Positions 1-12,404 of a stretch of DNA of 64,000 nt are shown here, in pieces. Within the stretch, counting starts at the first letter, position 1. Each line of letters starts with the position of its first letter. The stretch covers positions 5,134,301 through 5,198,300 of the forward strand of contig CM082577.2 of NCBI GenBank assembly GCA_040954595.2, in the 5' to 3' direction. This DNA is from Balanoglossus misakiensis. Taxonomy: Eukaryota; Animalia; Hemichordata. Position numbers and translations under genes: made by a program. The notes below the pieces were generated by a model, which was not told the DNA's origin, made no database searches, and saw only the letters and a list, made by a program, of their open reading frames with translations.

Positions 1-175
1 CAGTACTATCAACGCTGACTGAGCAGCCCCGTCTTCCACGACCACCCACTTCTCCCTACACTGATATCCATAACGTTGCCTACTACATGAAATTTGCTGT
101 AGCCTCCTATGGCTGGCCTCTCTATGTCTATTCGAACCCTCTCTGTGGCCTGTGCAAGTTGGCTCCAGAATGCAC
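1..175 (+). CDS. DAGLB: Diacylglycerol lipase (beta-type), internal exon truncated by the window edge
   Basis: Frame 3 reads ...NVAYYMKFAVASYGWPLYVYSNPLCGLCKLAPEC, matching the DAGL 'YM.FA.A.YGWPLY' segment. GTAAGT donor at 176, phase 2. Confidence 0.9.
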
Positions 176-2255
176 GTAAGTAGTCAAAATATTTGTCCAA
201 TATAAAGTAAAAATGGAATATGCATTTTCATATGTTCAATGTAATTATTGTAAGCAAGAAGGGTAAACTTGCCAGTTCAAATTCTTGTTTCTCTATGGGG
301 CCAGAATATTTTGTATCTAAAATTATAGTTGCAACTAATCTACATGATTAACATTTATTTTTAATTATGTGGTTATCAATTTGCATGTATTATTGTCGCT
401 TGCATATTCACAACGTGTCTTATCGTGTTTATTCTTGAACAGAGACACCTTGCATTATTGTATAACTTTGTACACCTTTGTGTCAGCTTTCTTTGCTCTA
501 ACACCACTGCAATACATTTTGAAGTCATCAATTTGTACAAATAAATGCATTTTCGATCTACCGATAATTGGCAAGATTAATTAATTGCTTGTTGCTTTTT
601 GTGTCATCATGTATTACTAGTATTTGGTGCATGCAGGCATGTTTTAACTTTTCACATGACTAAAACACATTTACCTTTTTTTTCCTTTGCTGGCATAATT
701 TATGGATGTAATAATCGTGAGTAAAATAATTTCAATTTACTTGATCCTCACTAACCACTCATCTTCCAACTGTCATTTGTAGAATTAAATTTTATCTTAG
801 GTGAATTATTTATGTTTAAAACTGAATCTGTAGCAATAAAAGAGAGGTCTCTCATTTTTTCACAAGTTGAAAATGTGGAGTGCAACATGTGGTGTCTGTA
901 CCATGCACGGTTTTATGATTCCATTATTCGTCATCCCGGAAAATGTTTTTTTGAAGAAACTCATTTGCCGAGAATAATGAATTGAAAGTGGAGAGGGTTG
1001 AAATGATTAAGAACCATGTGTTGTATACCTGGTAATAATTAAGCACGGCTGTAAAATAATTACAAGTGAATATTGATGGAATCATATGTGTAAATTAGGG
1101 TATGTTTGATTTAAGCATACATTAGACCCTGGGTTTGGGGTTATTATTCGAGTCTGCAGCAGATGTAGTTGTCATAATGGAGCTGTGTGGGAAAATGATG
1201 AATGGTTTATTAATGTCAAAGGTCATTTCCCTTCAAAACCACACGACCAGGTTGTCATAAAAACAGGAAACTATGAATATGTAAATTTATAGTCTGTGAC
1301 ATGACATGCCGACAACACAATGAGTTGACAAGTGTTTTCAGGTTATTGGATGTCAACAGCGTGACTTAGCTAGCAGTATTATTTCTGGCAACATGAGGTC
1401 CGTCCTATTGAGGTGAACATTTAAAGATGTCGAGTCAGCCTCATAAAATCTAATCCATTGCAAGTAATGGGGATGCTGAATGCACGAGTGTTGAAATTTC
1501 TTTTGGTATAGCCCCATAGTTTGCTATGGTGAGGATCAATCCACAGCTTGGAAATAGGGGCGATGAAGGTTGCAAGCAGAGTATTAAAACTGACGGCAAA
1601 CAAAGATTACAGCATCAGTGGATGACAACAGAATGAACTCTCCTGAATTGATTCTGAAAAAAAATTGATCTCCAGGATAAATGTCTGGCCTTTCAAGTAG
1701 TTGCCATATATCAAAATCGTTATACCATGTAAGGTCCTGTACAGTAGTAACTACATTGTAACAACAGCAAAAATATTATGACTCAAACACTGCCATATAT
1801 ATGTATGTATAATATATAATACATGTATATCATCATGAATGCAGCTGTGTTTGCTGTCTGGTTTACATTGCATATTTTGATATGGACATTAGTCTTACTC
1901 ATGTCTCAATGTGCCATTTTCAAATGTATGCACAATACGAGAGCATGGAATTTGTCTCTTCCCATAAGAGTACATTGAGAGTTTGAGTGAGTATGGTGTT
2001 AAAAATGTCAGCTTGGAAACCTTGGGAGATTTCCAAGTGGGCAAAAAAAAAAACAGTTTCAAAAATAGTTATCCCTCAGTTTCCTAGTCTGCATATTGCT
2101 GTCAAGAGTAGGTTGTCATGACAACCTGTGCTAAACATAAAAAATTGAAGATTCTGTTCATACCATATCAACCCACACACATTTTTAGTTTTCAGTTAAG
2201 ATGTGTTTTACTGTTTTGTGTGTTTACTGAATTGTTCATTTATTTTTCGCTCCAG

Positions 2256-2385
2256 GTGCTGCTGTACATGTTGTTTTACAAAAACCAGTTCTGAAGACAA
2301 CTGCTGTGAGTGTAACACAGCCGCTTTGAAGAACGTTACAGAGCTTAGAAACACTGATATTATTTACTGCAGTTTTCATAATAAA
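2256..2385 (+). CDS. DAGLB: DAGL exon, Cys-rich segment
   Basis: tccag acceptor and gtaagt donor. Reads CCCTCCFTKTSSEDNCCECNTAALKNVTELRNTDIIYCSFHNK. Phase fits the flanking exons. Confidence 0.9.
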
Positions 2386-2968
2386 GTAAGTCTATAGAAT
2401 TTAATTAATGTAATTGCAATCATGAAAATGTGCTACTGTGTGTTAAATAGCGCATAAAATGATAGGGCAGAATATAAAACTGTTGCACATCGACAAATCG
2501 ATTGATTCTAACATCTGCTGTTCAGCCATGATTTTTGGACTAGAGAAATTGAGTCAGCCTGGCATTTCAGTTTGATGAGAGACTCACAGATTCTGCAGAA
2601 AGGCAGGAAATGATACCGGCGGTTTTTGACATCTCAATGAACCGGGTTTCTCAAATTCCGCAATTGTCACTACATACTGTGATGGGGTCTTGGATGGCTT
2701 CATCATATTTCAACCCTAATGAACTCACGGCGAAAGTAATGTGCTAGCACACAGGGAATTTGATCTGAATGGGTTAACTGGAGCTTCTCGAGTGTTGTCA
2801 CTTCCAGGAAATACTTTATATGGAATCACAGACCGAGTTTCCCTCTGCTGTCGATGATGGAATTATAGGATCTTACAGTGACTGTAATAGCGAAGGCTTG
2901 ATCAGTACCTTAATTAACAACCCACTACATATTACATAATAGCTGTTGCTTGTTATTATTTATTTCAG

Positions 2969-3052
2969 ATTTATGAAATTCCATTCTTTGTAGCTTTGGA
3001 TCATTCACAGTTAGCAGTGGTTATATCAATAAGAGGCAGTCTATCTTTAAAG
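2969..3052 (+). CDS. DAGLB: DAGL exon, start of the lipase_3 domain
   Basis: ttcag/gtaag borders. Reads IYEIPFFVALDHSQLAVVISIRGSLSLK. Confidence 0.92.
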
Positions 3053-3180
3053 GTAAGTTTATTTTTTGTAACTATTCCTGGCTCATAATCACACGGATGT
3101 ACCGGGGTTAAATGAATAAAAGACAGGTATGCCAACATTGACATAATCTGAGTAAACCTTCTTTTGTCATGTTTTTTCAG

Positions 3181-3336
3181 GATGGTCTGACAGACATGAC
3201 AGCAGAGCATGCACCCATGGAGATAGATGGTGCAGATGAAATCTTGGCGCACAAGGGCATTTTACAAGCTGCCAAATTTATCAAAAATAGATTAGAAAAT
3301 GAACATATCTTAGAACACGCATTCAGAGATGCTCCG
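3181..3336 (+). CDS. DAGLB: DAGL exon
   Basis: ttcag/gtaag borders. Reads DGLTDMTAEH...LAHKGILQAAKFIKNRLE...AFRDAP (HxG motif). Confidence 0.92.
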
Positions 3337-3390
3337 GTAAGTAATGTGTGATTGGATTTTTATATCGCCTGATATTAATTTTTCACCTAT

Positions 3391-3640
3391 AAAAAGTGCA
3401 GTCATCGTAATTCCCAAAGGAATGACTGTTTACTAGTTATCAAGATCATAAAACTATGTCGATACATGATGCCATTAGTGTAGTCAATCCCAAAAATGAA
3501 ATTCATATATTGGCAACCTGATTAACCCTGCTTGTTTTCATCCCCCCCCCCCTAAAATGCTCAGTCATAATTCCCAAAAGAAGGACTGTTTATTTTTTAT
3601 CATGATTGTATCAATATATAATGCCATTAGTGTAATCAAA
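3391..3640 (+). repeat. Diverged local direct duplication (~90 bp, two copies) in a DAGL intron
   Basis: cagtcat..taattcccaaa..gactgttta..ttatca...atgccattagtgta occurs at ~3391-3487 and ~3554-3640. Confidence 0.6.
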
Positions 3641-3756
3641 GGAAGACATGAATTTTTTTTACCAGGTAATCATCTGCAAAAACAATTATTTTAAAGTCCT
3701 ATGTTGTTGTAGGGTTTTAAAGCTGCTATTTTTCTTGTTTGTTTCATTGTTGACAG

Positions 3757-3884
3757 GATTATAAAATTGTAATTGTTGGACACAGTCTGGGAGCTGGAGC
3801 TGCTGCCCTGTTGTCCATACTACTTCACAACACGTGGCCAGGTCTCACTTGTTACGCATACTCTCCCCCAGGCGGTCTTCTCAG
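3757..3884 (+). CDS. DAGLB: DAGL exon with the catalytic Ser (GHSLG)
   Basis: Reads [23 protein letters not shown]...[11 protein letters not shown]. gacag/gtaatt borders. Confidence 0.95.
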
Positions 3885-4382
3885 GTAATTCAACCGCTTC
3901 AATAGAATTTCTGTAGAGGGAATGACTCACCACACTCATTGCTGCCCTCAATGTGTATATGTCAGCTTGTGCGTGTTGTTGTGCAAGGATATTTGACTCA
4001 TCAAACCCATTTTGTAAAACGTTATCTCATTTACAAGAGGAGCTAGCTGTGACTCTCTGCCCGAATCTGACAAATGTTTTTGTTTTATTCGCCAATGCCA
4101 CCATCTTTGGCATTGTACTGGACCACATTATGCACATGAAACTGAATACAGGACTATTTGTACCGTAACATACTGACTACCGTATATTATTTCATGCAAC
4201 TAATCTTGTAATGGATCTTGTAACTAATACTTGTTCACCCATGGATGTCGATATTTCATTCCATTTCAAACTGTTATACATTTCAAATTTCACACCACAG
4301 TGTTGTGTCTTTTACACCAATTCTGGGATTCCAGATCTATTTGTTCTCTAATCCAGTTTATATTTTCTTCTCTGAACGATAG

Positions 4383-4451
4383 TGTGGAAGGGTGTACATA
4401 CAGTAAAGATTTCATTACCTCAGTTGTACTAGGAAAAGACGTCATTCCAAG
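4383..4451 (+). CDS. DAGLB: DAGL exon with the catalytic Asp (GKDVIPR)
   Basis: Reads SVEGCTYSKDFITSVVLGKDVIPR. atag/gtacgt borders, phase 2-2. Confidence 0.92.
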
Positions 4452-4842
4452 GTACGTGACGTGTAGGCCAAATTTATACTCGAAATTACATGTCCCAGCT
4501 GATAGCTATTTAAGTGAACTTTGACCTTTCTGTGCATCTTATCAGAATCCACCTGCATTTCCAGAACAACAGAAGATGAAAATTATATTATTCAATGATG
4601 TATACGGACATCTACCAAACCTGTGCTTTTATTCTTTCCTTCTATTTATTTATTTAATCAGTCAGTCAGTCAGAATATCTTAGTATTGTGATGTATTTTG
4701 TAAAGTACATGTCGAACGTTATTTCTTCTGTTATAGTTTACAGTCTTTTTTATCACCTAGCTTTCTGTAGCTATAACCTTGCCAAGCTTCATTGGCACAG
4801 AAAACATACACATTCAAATTGAAAATGCATTTCTTATTCTAG

Positions 4843-4915
4843 ACTTAGCCTGCAGTCACTAGAAGATCTGAAAGAGAAACTTCAGCGTGTCTTACGGAAT
4901 AACATACAGCCCAAG
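4843..4915 (+). CDS. DAGLB: DAGL exon
   Basis: Reads LSLQSLEDLKEKLQRVLRNNIQPK. tctag/gtact borders. Confidence 0.88.
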
Positions 4916-5425
4916 GTACTTCACTTCATTCGTCCTTGTACTTTGTTTTATCTTAAAACCATCTCTCCCCATCTGCATCTTGTTCCCTTGGTATAATACC
5001 TGGGGTTGATATGGCATCTGAGTGCAATAAATTATCATGGAGTCTAGTAGGCTGTTCTTAATACCACTCCATACCACTTAGAATGGGAACATGAAAACAA
5101 ATCGATTTGCCTATACTCATGGGATAGCAGTGTACAGGTGGGGTAGTATGTTGTTGTTTTTTGCTGAAGCTAACCAGATAGCTTTAGTGGGTGTTTTTAT
5201 TGACCACAGAACTGGCTATCTCTGCTGAAAAACATAGCTCTGCAGTGATTGTTTTGGGGCTTGTCCCATGGCCTGTGTGTTTCAAAATGCCAGTGGATCT
5301 AAAAATGATTCCCTGAAATATAGAATCATCACATACACTGTACCAAAAAACAGGTGCCATGCTCCACTCATGTCGTCCTAAAAACAGAAAAATTCACAGA
5401 AATCCTGTCTTGTGATGTTCCACAG

Positions 5426-5667
5426 TATCAGATCCTCCTGGGTGGATGTTGGTATGCAGCGTGCGGTTTCCCAGAGAGGATACCGGCGCCCTCCGAAGAC
5501 GTGGAGAGCGGTCAGAACATCAGCCAACCATTGCTAGAGGAGAGATCAGCTACCACTAGAAACAGGCCAAGGAGTTACACAGATGGGCAGACGGAAGATT
5601 CCGGCCACACCAGGGTGCCACTGTTTCCACCTGGACAGATCTTGCACATCACAGAAGAAACAGAAAG
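5426..5667 (+). CDS. DAGLB: DAGL exon (regulatory loop, PLFPPG)
   Basis: Reads YQILLGGCWYAACG...SQPLLEE...VPLFPPGQILHITEETE. cacag/gtaagt borders. Confidence 0.9.
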
Positions 5668-6009
5668 GTAAGTTGTTGTTGTTTTTTTGTGACAAACCCT
5701 GTCCATTTCCAAGAAGAAAAAAAACAAAACATAGCTGCTAAATTTTTACCGTATCTTATGTTGGTACCAATGAACCTTTTGGCTGAAAACAGGTGTGTTT
5801 GTTTGCTTAAACCAAATTTATACATGCATGCTGGGCTCCCTTTAAAGGTACATGGTTTGATCACTGTTACCATGGGAAGTTGAAGTCTAAGCCAATCACA
5901 GATTTTCACGGGGATGGCCACAAGAAAAAAAGTGAACCAAATGGTCACTGTTGCCTGGACTTGCATTTAAGAACAAAAAACAACCAAATTGATTCATTCT
6001 TTGTTTCAG

Positions 6010-6238
6010 GACGTGGTGTAGCGACCCGGAGTACAAAGTCAACTGGGCGGGACACGACACTCTCAACGGAATCCCGGTCAGCGCCAGGATGGTCCTGGAT
6101 CACATGCCGGATGTCGTCATGAAATCCCTCACACAGATAGCGCAGTCGACGGTGTTGCAGGCCGAAGCCACAAATCACACCGGCGGAATGTTTAGTGACG
6201 ACAGCGTGGATGACGAGGAGGTACCTGTCATCACCTAG
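6010..6238 (+). CDS. DAGLB: DAGL last coding exon with the catalytic His (DHMPD)
   Basis: Reads TWCSDPEYKVNWAGHDTLNGIPVSARMVLDHMPDVVMKSL...EEVPVIT*, TAG at 6236-6238. The short C-terminal tail indicates the beta rather than the alpha type. Confidence 0.9.
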
Positions 6239-8292
6239 GCAACAGTGACTCTTGGGTAGACTGCAGAAGGCTGCCAGGGCTTCACGTGTATGATCCATCT
6301 AGAGTGATAGATGATAGAACAGATAGAGAAAGGTGTTGGATATTTCAGGATAGAGTGTAAATTTTGCTGTATAAAATTCTAAGTGGTCTCAATTTGTTGT
6401 GGTGCGTTGTTGGATAGGCCTGGATGATAAAAACTTAAAATTTGCTGATATAGCAATAGAGGCCAGACAACTTCTCGAAAGAAAATCAGTTCAGAAAATA
6501 GATAACAGTATTAACCCTTGCCACCCCTATTTATTAATGTATTATTCCAGTCATTTCACTGGAAACAAGTGTTGAACCAAAGCTTGATATGGAAGGGTTT
6601 TCTTCTGTTCCTTCTTGGATTTAAAGGCGCCCTCTTGTGTGACAATCAAAATAAATAACAAAAAGAGTTAGTCTTGATTAAGTACCTCATTAAATGACCA
6701 ATCAAAAAGCATGTATAACCATTTGTTTAAAATAAATGCATTACATCTGCAATGTAACATGCACTGCCCTACTAGTATGAGTGTACCATTTCAATATTAT
6801 GCACCAGGCTATCATGAAATATCACCTTCTCAGATCAGCATTAAGTCTAATGTTTGACAGTACTAGGGTAATTCAGTTCCCAAAGAGCATATGATGTTTT
6901 CAAAATACGGAACATCTAACCCTGATTGATAGAGAATAATTTACTCTCTTACAAAGTGGACGTGCCGTATTTAAGACTTGCATGTCTCTTCAGCAGCACA
7001 TTTATAAAACCCTACGCAGAGATAAATTGTCTTCAGATGATGAGAGGCAAGCCTGCCTATGTCATCTGCAAACTGATAACATATTACAAACTTTACTTAC
7101 AGAACAGTCTTACAGTGACTTTGAAGTCATGATAATGAGACAAAAAATTGTGCCTAGTAGACTGTCTTGTTTTGAAACTTCCTCCAATGTGATCAAGTGT
7201 ATTGTTTAAATCCTCAAATTGGTATGTGATCTCTCGAAAACAGCGAGACCCACGTTGTAAAGAAGTGTATATCATATAATTTTGTCAGAACGAAACTTGA
7301 AAGTTAATTCACTTAATGGAATTGAGATGTTGAAAGCTGTATTCGACTTTGAGAAGAGTACCAGTGGTTTGCAAGAAAAAGTTTTCACTGTGAAGTTTAC
7401 ATGCATGTAAAATGGAGAAGTAGCTATAAGATGCCTTTAATATTGACTGCCAGCATAGTGAGCATATCCATGTCCGAACTATCTGATCATAGCTGTGTGA
7501 CACAGATTGTCACAAGAATGTTACTGCCAGACACCTTTGTCTTGCTTATAGTAGAAATTTAGCTTAAACAATGCAAAAGGAAGAAAAAAAATGTTATCTG
7601 TTACAAGTCAGTGCCTGACAATCATGATTATAATTTATATCATAATGATGAGCTAAATACATCAGTAAGTTTAGAACAGATGGACAGTTAGGGACCAGGC
7701 GTTTAAAGCTGCTGGTACCAATTTCTATGGCAACTTATTTTGCACAGTATTGAATTCCTACCATTTTCTGGCAATACACAGTCACATACCACAGGAGAAA
7801 AACATTGATAAATGTCATCTTGTGAAACTAAACTTGACCACACTTGTATTTCCTTATTTTGGAAGTGAAAAATGCTCTTTCTTGTACAATGCAGAATGTG
7901 GTGCCTGTGTATTCCCAAATTTTGTCAGGCAAGATTTTCTTGAGCAGTGAACATGACATTTGTAAAATGAGAAAAATGCAAATTGTATGTAGTGTAATAT
8001 AAAATAAGGGATCAAATCTATTTTAGTAATTCAAGATATCCTCTATGATACCAGTTGTACTATCTGATTATCTGTGCAGTTTGAAGATGATATTTAATGC
8101 ATGGTTATTGCTTTGGAATTTTTAATATTATAGATAGTGCAATAATTTCGAGATTATTTATTTGTATGTTTTCTTGGGTATAAGCATGCTTTTATTTCAT
8201 ATAATGGAGTCTTGCTTGAAAGAAAGTTACAGTTTTGCATCATGTATTAGCTCGCATTCTGCCATCTTTATCATAGCTCTATGTTTGTCATT

Positions 8293-8433
8293 AAACCTGG
8301 AGACTTTCAAAAGAAAACTGAAAACTCATATGTTCGAAAGAGCATACAGTGTGGTTTAACCATGAGCGTCATTGGGCAAAATTTCTTTTTGGATTTTGGC
8401 GCTATATAAACTCTGTTGATTGATTGATTGATT
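8293..8433 (+). mobile_element. 5'-truncated L2/CR1-group LINE 3' end downstream of the DAGL stop codon
   Basis: ORF2 C-terminus-like LETFKRKLKTHMFERAY*, then a 3' UTR agcgtca...tggcgctatataaa stem-loop and a (GATT)n tail. Confidence 0.75.
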
Positions 8434-8524
8434 TAGTTTGTAAAATTTAGCCAAAATAGTTGTAGGTTCTGTGGGAAGCCTCCATGCTGCTCACTGACTT
8501 GTGAAAGACTGCCACTTTAATAAC

Positions 8525-8611
8525 ATTCTATGGACATCTATAGAATTCTATTACCTATTGACTTTCCATATAATTCTATAGAAATTCTATGGATATCTAT
8601 AGATTTCTATT
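8525..8611. repeat. Short palindromic direct repeat (28 bp, two copies)
   Basis: attctatggacatctatagaattctatt and attctatggatatctatagatttctatt, each with internal dyad symmetry. Confidence 0.55.
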
Positions 8612-9943
8612 TAGTTTTGGCCCCCTTTTCTGATATGTTGCCGACAGTAATTGTAGATGTGCAAAATGAACTGATTTCAGAGTTCTGCTGCAATTAAAGG
8701 TAAAGATGTCTTTAATCTGTTTCCAGTTCAGTATTTTATATGTGCAATATTTTATTTCAATGTACGGTATGAGGCTGAGTGAGGGATGTGTTTACATAGT
8801 GGATGTCTTTATGTAAAATTTGGGTAGCTTACTGTTCATTGTCTGTAAAACTTTGGTTTTGCTTTGGGTATTGCTAACCTAGTGTGAAGGTACATGTACA
8901 CTAGTTTTGAGATCAGTGTTTTGAATCCTTTGTCTTGGTTTCAATTTCTGGAGCGCAGTATAGGCCCTATAACAGCCCTAGCCTCTTGTGTCAATTTTTT
9001 GTAGTCGGATTGTTATTGTATTAAAAGTGAGTGTTTAAACTCTACAGACACCTGGGAGGATATAAAAAGACTAATCTGGTGTGAGCTGTTGGTAAATATA
9101 TTAGAAATTGTTTCCTTTCTTTGACAGCATCCATTTTTGACAGCATTCATATACAGAATAAGAAGTAACTTTATGGAAGAGAGAAAGATGAAATTCACAG
9201 TCCCCATTATAGTCTTTGAGATTGCAGACTATTGTTTGATGTAAAGATTACTGACACCGGCTAATAAAATATGTAAATACCATGCTGCATGACCTGGGGA
9301 GAAGACATTGTAATGAAACTTGATCTTCAGAATGTCTCATCACAAACATAGAGGGCGCCATTTCATTTGTGGCTGCTGCTGCAGGTACTACTAGTATCTT
9401 GACTACTGAGGCCAAAGTTAGGTTTGTGGATTGTTTGCAATTGTTAATCAGGTGTGGACATGTACATAGCAGGACTTTGTAAATTAGGTAATGGAATGAT
9501 TAAATCACTGTGGTGGGAATGATGTTTTCTGTATTGTTGAAATTGTAACATTTTACTGCCATGAATGCATTATAAATGAACTTGATTAAATGATAGATTT
9601 AATACCTGGAAAAATAAAGTCCCTGGCTATTCAATACTTGAAAAATTAAGTTAGAAATGTATTTTTGATTTTTTCCTCGGCCGTGATCACACATGGCATA
9701 TTCCCCGGAAAAGTTCAGGATTTTCAATCCATTTCTGAAAAGTCCACGAAAAATAGAAGTTACTCCTGACAAGCTTGGAAGAAAAAACTTCTTGGGAATG
9801 TTGACATAAAATTGGATGCCTTTTCTTAGCATTGCTGAATAGATGGATAAGAACTGAGAGTAAGATGCAAAATAGATCATAGAATGATAAACTTCAGCAT
9901 ACAGTTTCGAATAAAATGTTATCAACACCATCACAAGCAGAAC

Positions 9944-9949
9944 AAAAAA
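9944..9949 (-). terminator. Pol III terminator (T6) of tRNA-Gly
   Basis: TTTTTT on the minus strand 6 nt after the discriminator base. Confidence 0.85.
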
Positions 9950-9955
9950 GTAACT

Positions 9956-10026
9956 TGCATCGGCCGGGAATCGAACCCGGGCCTCCCGCGTGGCAGGCGA
10001 GAATTCTACCACTGAACCACCGATGC
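9956..10026 (-). tRNA. tRNA-Gly(GCC)
   Basis: Reverse complement GCATCGGTGGTTCAGTGGTAGAATTCTCGCCTGCCACGCGGGAGGCCCGGGTTCGATTCCCGGCCGATGCA: 71 nt, complete cloverleaf, A and B boxes, GCC anticodon. Confidence 0.98.
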
Positions 10027-10260
10027 TTCGCTGAAAACTTCCGTACAGGCAAGCGTCAAATCAATAAACACGTGAACACTTGTGTTGTTTGATGCTACTT
10101 GTATGTATAAATAGACCAGGTGACCATGTTAGCATTAATATACAACGTTATTATTATATTTCATCATGTGCAGAAGATACAATGAGTACAGACATGCGAA
10201 GTAAAGTTTGTCGTTTTCCTATGCGTATCACTGGAATTATGGGTAGAAAGGAAATCCAAT

Positions 10261-10277
10261 ATGGCGGAGAGAGTTAG
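10261..10277 (+). CDS. TMEM11: TMEM11 coding exon 1 (MAERV-S)
   Basis: ATGGCGGAGAGAGTTAG|GTGAGT. Phase 2 joins exon 2 in frame. The start lies in a YY1-type AATATGGCGG context within a CpG-rich region. Confidence 0.8.
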
Positions 10278-11076
10278 GTGAGTGGTAGTCGTCTGTCGTA
10301 CAATATATTCTGACAAAAAGTGCAGTTCATTGTTGAGGGACACTACTCAGGGAAAGTATGTGCGGAAACCTTAGGAAGTTCGTATATAAGGCTGTTGGTT
10401 TACGATAATCGTAGTAGCATGCTGTCTGCAAGTGACCGCCGGGGTAACGCATCTACCGGCTTGATTGGCAGACATTGACTGGCGCTACTACCACACATAC
10501 GCTTTCTGGTTACGTGTGTTATGTTTACATCGTAAAAGCGGGTCAACGAAAGTTCACATCGTCCATTTCAGTTCTGTCAGAAACTACGATTCCTCACGCG
10601 CGATCGTGGCTTCTCTCTGGAGAATATGCGACATTTTGAAAGTCATGAACCAGTGACAGACAGCTGTTCGTTAGACAAATGACCTTGCGCAAACCCATTA
10701 CGCAATCTGCAGATAATGAAACTGCAGGCTCTCACCGCCATGATGAATAAAATATTAGAACAGTGAGAAGTGGGCAAAATAACTGTCATGGACCACTTTA
10801 ATTACGAAAACAACGTTAAACTAATACTAATTTAATAGCTAAAGTGTGTCTTGAAAGATTTTACACACTACTCATGGTTCAGCCAGCACCATTGTGCCTT
10901 TGTTGTCTTTAGTCATACATTTTATCTCAGATGGCCTTTGTTACCTGAGTTATCGTGGTACTTTGCATATCATATGTTGTGGCTTTATTGATACACTAGA
11001 AATCACTCGATCTGTGCTCTCGTCAGTTTGCGAGCAAAAAGTTTAGATTTTTTCTGTTTCTTTTGTTTTGTGACAG

Positions 11077-11593
11077 TGATCTACCATCTCCCTCGGACTG
11101 TGCCATTATCCGGGAGGTGTACGATGGGGAGAACGCTCACGAACACTTTGAATTTCAATTGGAGCACGCCCTGGAAGCCGAATGCGAGATAATCGTGATT
11201 GAACCCTCCAGGATCGGGGATGAGACGGCGCGCTGGATCACGGTGGGGAACTGTCTTCACAAGACGTCGGTCATAGCCGGCGTCTCCTGCCTGGTGTCGC
11301 CGCTAATGCTTCCGAGTCGTGCACTGAACTATGCCAGCTTGCCCCTGGGGTTCGTCAGTGTGGCCTGTGCCAGCCTGTATGGAGTGTCGTGGCAGTTTGA
11401 CCCCTGCTGTAAGTACCAGGTGGAGTACGACACCAAGAAATTGTCGCGTCTGCCGCTGCACACTCTGACGTCCACCTCGCCCGTGGTGATCGTCAGGCGA
11501 GACGACAAATACAGGAAAAGACTCCATAACCTTATTGCGTTCGTAGCAGGTGTCTATTGCGGGGTGAAAATATACCAGCTGTGGACGCAATGA
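11077..11593 (+). CDS. TMEM11: TMEM11 (mitochondrial membrane protein) coding exon 2
   Basis: IEPSRIGDETARWITVGNCLHKT, SWQFDPCCKYQVEYD and RKRLHN are TMEM11 motifs. Pyrimidine tract plus gacag acceptor. Confidence 0.97.
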
Positions 11594-12398
11594 TGATGGG
11601 AGGCTGGCGTCATCGAGAACAAAGTAGTAGGGAACATGTTGCATCAGACCTGTGTGTGTGTTTGTGTGTCCAAGACTTTTCAAGCAATAGTACATAGTGA
11701 AGTCATCTTGATCAGCGACACTTCCAATTCTGCATCAGACATCTACTAAGAAACCAAGGGTGATCGCAAGAGTGTTCTATTTTTGTGTGCAGGGTTGCTA
11801 AACAGTGCAGTGGTGGACTTGGCTGCACGTTCGTAATTTTGTTGTAAATCAGTTTTTGGAATATTACAAGGCAGATGTGTTGTGTAGCAGGTGAACCATC
11901 AGGACATAGAATCCAGGCAGAGCACATACAATATGCACACTGATAGCTGTGTTGTTTTTTTGTGGTATTTTCAAACGAGACATGCTGAATTTAGGGGTGC
12001 ATTTTTGACCAGTGACCAACTTACTACATGTAACATATATTTTCTCCAATGTGATGGTTGGAACACTCATTTGCACACCACTGACCTTTGTATACAGTAA
12101 TGTTTCTGGCATTTGCCGACAGTAAAAACATCTTCTGTTTACACAATTTCTGTGAAGCACCAACAGCACACACAGCATATAATTATAAAGATCAGGGGTT
12201 CAGTAACTAAATGATGATTCTGTTTGTAGCATTGGAATTAAAATACCTTTGTAGAATCAATTGAAATTGTAGATGATAGTATGTATTTTAGTTGTTATTC
12301 AATACAACTGTATTCTCAGATACTCTGAGTTTCACTATTCATTGTTTTTACATGTCACAACCCATGAGTCAGTGCATGGCATACATACAGTCATGTGT

Positions 12399-12404
12399 AA
12401 TAAA
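12399..12404 (+). promoter_or_regulatory. Candidate TMEM11 polyadenylation signal
   Basis: AATAAA about 800 nt after the stop, followed by GT-rich sequence (gactgtctgtctgtgg). Confidence 0.5.

Noticed and set aside
1342-1412. Possible extra DAGL exon (ttcag…gag|gtgaac)
   Set aside because: In the required phase it contains a TAG stop, and the flanking exons already join in frame.
2713-2776. Hammerhead or C/D snoRNA-like motifs (ctaatga…gaaa; …ctga)
   Set aside because: The core has A at the invariant G5, there is no proper stem II, and box C is non-canonical.
9599-10012. 137-aa ORF MVEFSPATREARVRFP…
   Set aside because: Spurious translation through tRNA-Gly and AT-rich flank.
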